Assembly (NCBI GenBank): GCA_052327205.1
Contig: JBMRGM010000037.1
Location: forward strand, 54,126,001 to 54,190,000
DNA length: 64,000 bases
From: Somniosus microcephalus
Taxonomy: Eukaryota
Direction: 5' to 3'
A program made the position numbers and the translations under genes. Below the pieces are notes generated by a model that saw only the letters and a list, made by a program, of their open reading frames with translations, did no database searches and was not told where the DNA came from. Positions 60,774-64,000 of this stretch are shown one piece after another (positions within the stretch are counted from its first letter, which is position 1; the number at the start of each line of letters is the position of its first letter).

Positions 60774-60826
60774 CTCAAATAGCTACGATTATACCTTTGG
60801 AGATGGGACCAAGTTAATGGTTTTAG
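60774..60826 (+). CDS. TRBJ: TRB J12 (SNSYDYTFGDGTKLMVL)
   Basis: AGTTTTAAC-12-CACTGTG (60746-60773); GTAGGT donor. Confidence 0.94.
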
Positions 60827-60839
60827 GTAGGTAAACGAT

Positions 60840-61545
60840 TCGAAGCATTGGAGTACAAATACACAAATTACTGAAAATTGCAACACAGTTTAGCAAGGCC
60901 ATAAATAAAGTAAACCAAGCACTAGGGTTTATTTCTACAGGTATAGAATTGAAAAGTAGGGAAGTTATGCTAAACCTGTATTGAACCTTGGTTAGACCAC
61001 ACTTAGAGTACTGCGTCATATTATAAAAACTATATAGAGACACTGGAGAGAGTACAGAGACGATTTACAAGGATGATACCACAAATGCGAGGTATAACTA
61101 TCAGGAAAGGACGAACAGGCTGGGTCTCTTTTCATTTGAAAAAAGAAGGCTGAGAGGTGACCTAATAGAGGGCTTTATATTATGAAAGGTTTCGATAGAG
61201 TAGGTACAGAGAGTACTTCCACTTGTGGGGAAGAGCATAAATAGAGGCCATCAATATAAGATAGTCACCACGAAATCCAATAGGGAATTCAAAAGAAACT
61301 TCTTTACCCAGAGAGTGGTGAGAATGTGCAACGCGCTACCACAGGGAGTGGTGGAAGCGAATAGTATAGAATCATTTAAAGGGAGGCTAGATAAACATAA
61401 GAGGCAGAAAGGAACAGAGGATTACACTGAATGATTTAGATGAGGACAGACGGGAGGAGGCTCGAGTGGACCATAAACGCCGGCATGGACTGGTTGGGCC
61501 GAATGAGCTGTTTCTGTGCCATATATCCTATATAATCCTATGTAT
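60840..61545 (+). mobile_element. CR1 3' fragment
   Basis: Remnants 'IELKSREVMLNLY..LVRPHLEYC' and 'RNFFTQRVVR'. Confidence 0.82.
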
Positions 61546-62385
61546 TCATCTTACACTTTTATGGTTGCTAGGTCACCTCCAACAGGGGTAAGCTAGCCGT
61601 ATGAACCAATGTCCAGTCAGCTTTAAAGGAGATTAATTGATTATCCTTTGAGAGTAACATGACTATTGTAAAATCATACCATTCCATCTCCACTGGGGTG
61701 TGTGTTAGCCGGATCCCCCTTAATCCTATTGACAGACCAGCTCACAATCAACGTATGAAGTGGTATTCAGTGCGAGATTCTCTCTGACCCCAAACTAACA
61801 CACATACCTCTCATTGATCAGCTGATCTTTGCATCATTTAGACTTTGGCATCTTGCTGGATCGGGGCATCTCATGGCATACGCCATTAATTAGACTTTTG
61901 TTCGTGCATCCTTCCAAAAAAAATGCTCTGTAAATAGCTGGAAGTGTGAGCTACAAACGGCGTGGCTAGGGCAAAGGGGCACCTGGGACCTCAGTGAACG
62001 GCGAGAACAAGAGTTCTTAACCAAATGAGATTGAAGGATTGAGAAAGAAACAGAGGCATGATTGAGAAGCAGGGTGAATTAGAGTCGAATCAGGTACAGA
62101 TAGAGAAATAAAGAGCTGGTCAGAACGTTTGGACAGCGAGAGAGAAAAAGGAGGCAGAATGGAAAAGTGAAGAAAAAATGTAAACATTTAAAATTTGACC
62201 TTTGTAAAATCTCTATCTCAGACTGAGATGGATTGATTTTTGTTGGTTAATGGCATCAAAGGCTGGAGGTGAGGTGCAGATCAGCCATTAAATGGTAGAG
62301 CAGCTTCGAGGGGCTGAATGGCCTACTCCCGGTGTTTTAGCTTGTTTGGGTGTTAACAGTTTTACAACGGGTGTGTAACACTGTG

Positions 62386-62441
62386 TTCGGGTAGCAGCAA
62401 TCCATTGTATTTTGGTCAAGGAACCAAGCTCACAGTTTTAG
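62386..62441 (+). CDS. TRBJ: TRB J13 (SGSSNPLYFGQGTKLTVL)
   Basis: AGTTTTACA-12-CACTGTG (62358-62385); GTAGGT donor. Confidence 0.94.
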
Positions 62442-63526
62442 GTAGGTAACGGAAACAAAGTATTGTTGATTCAACACATTTGATATATTCTGCAATTGCC
62501 CGTTATGTTTCAGTGTTCCAATTAACAAGGAGAATATTTTCAGTCTCATTATACCGTGCATAAAATATTGAGAAGTTCATGTGAAAGAAAACCAGTAGGG
62601 AATGTTTAAAGTAGGACTTTATGATGCAAAAGTCTTCCTGCGTTTGGCTGATTTGCTTTGGAAGTGGGAGACGTTTCTCAGATTCCTTCCCCAGAAAAGT
62701 TAATGGGTCGTGTAGAATCCAGGATAGAGGAGATTGCAGGCACTGAAACTATGGTCATTCCATGCTTTATGGGCTTGTGATCAAAAATAAGCAAAGAGTT
62801 CTTAAAGATATTGTTGTTAAGCATGTTGTGATTAAGGTCCTAAAACTGTGATCTGGAGTGAATGTCCATTGTTGATAATTCTAGAATGGTGGAGTCTTTT
62901 AACAAACAGTAGATATCATTCTTGATACAACCAATTAGACTGATACTTTTTCGGATTATAGAATCTTACAGCACAGAAGCAGTTCATTCGGCCCATCTTG
63001 CCAGTGCTGGCTCTGAGTCCCATTCATCCCTGTTCTTTCCACATAACCCTGTACTTTTCTCTCCAACAAATATTTACCAATTATCTTTTTAAATTAAATA
63101 TTCAATCTATTTCCACCAACCTTTCTTGCAGTGCATTCCCGGTCATAATAACTCAATGTGTAAACAAATTTCTCCTAATCAAACCTCTTTTGCAATCATC
63201 TTAAACATATGTTCTCCTGCTTCGAAATCTCCTGCCAGTGGAAAAGCTCCTCCCTCTCTAATCGAACAAAACATTTATTATTTTGAACACCTGTATCAAA
63301 TCTCCACTTGACCTTCACTGTTTTAAGGAGAACAAACACAACTTCTCCAGTCTCGCCTCATAACTGAAGTCCCTCAATCCTGGTCCCATTTTACTAAATC
63401 CCCTCTGCGCCCTCTCCAAGGCCTTGACATCCTTCCCAAAGTGCGGTGCCCGGAATTGGAAACATGGCTCCAGCTGAGGCCTAGCGAAGGATGTTGATAG
63501 TTTTACTACCGGCCTGTAACATTGTG

Positions 63527-63582
63527 CTCTGCTGGGAGCTCGATCTCTTACTTTGGTTCCGGTACAAAGCTGGCAGTCCTAG
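63527..63582 (+). CDS. TRBJ: TRB J14 (SAGSSISYFGSGTKLAVL)
   Basis: AGTTTTACT-12-CATTGTG (63499-63526); GTAAGC donor. Confidence 0.93.
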
Positions 63583-64000
63583 GTAAGCACGAATGGATCT
63601 TAGTATTCAACGTTAATGTTCTTTCCTTGCTTCGTAATTGGCAAAAACTCACAAACCTAGAGGAATACTGGAAAATTTGGGGTCACTTTGAATCTCAGGA
63701 TGTACAATATACAAAGGCAGCGTTATGAAACAGTGAGGTTAGAAGATGAATTGCCCCTGATTTCAAATCACCATCCTTTCCTAATTGTGGTTGTAATCAT
63801 TGTTTATCCAAAGTGTCTATCAAAGAACCTGTATTCAAACTCTTAATTCTTCTGAGTCCTTTTTTAACTTGCAGTCGTTGAAAGCGTTAAGCTCCATCGT
63901 TCGGACCACCAACAGAACTGAATTACACAGCATTACCAGCACCGAAACAGGCAATTCGGCCCAACTGGTCCATGCTGGTGTTTATGCTCCATTCGAGCAT

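Overview
Eukaryotic genomic DNA, most likely from a cartilaginous fish (inferred from the repeat landscape: CR1 LINEs, DeuSINE/SacSINE-like SINEs, a Penelope fragment). The window holds the 3' end of a T-cell receptor beta (TRB) locus on the + strand. There are six V genes, each with a leader exon, a V exon and a 22/23-bp-spacer RSS; five are intact and one is frameshifted. One D segment follows (GGGACAGGGGGGA, 12-RSS/23-RSS, nearly identical to mammalian TRBD1), then at least 14 J segments (12-RSS, FGxG motif, phase-1 GT donor). No constant exon or second D lies in the window. V3-V5 come from a recent ~6-kb tandem triplication. One copy carries a complete 4.2-kb PIF/Harbinger transposon (14-bp TIRs, TGA target-site duplication, transposase plus a 3-exon Myb/SANT gene). 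Most long ORFs in the track are retroelement fragments or repeat read-throughs. The main second-look items are convergent CTCF-like sites around the V array, a GATA rather than AP-1 motif in the 3' D RSS, a D-like core at the start of J1, and the loss of the conserved Arg/Asp pair in V3-V5. All calls were made by eye with no database searches, and V/J numbering is only positional within this window.
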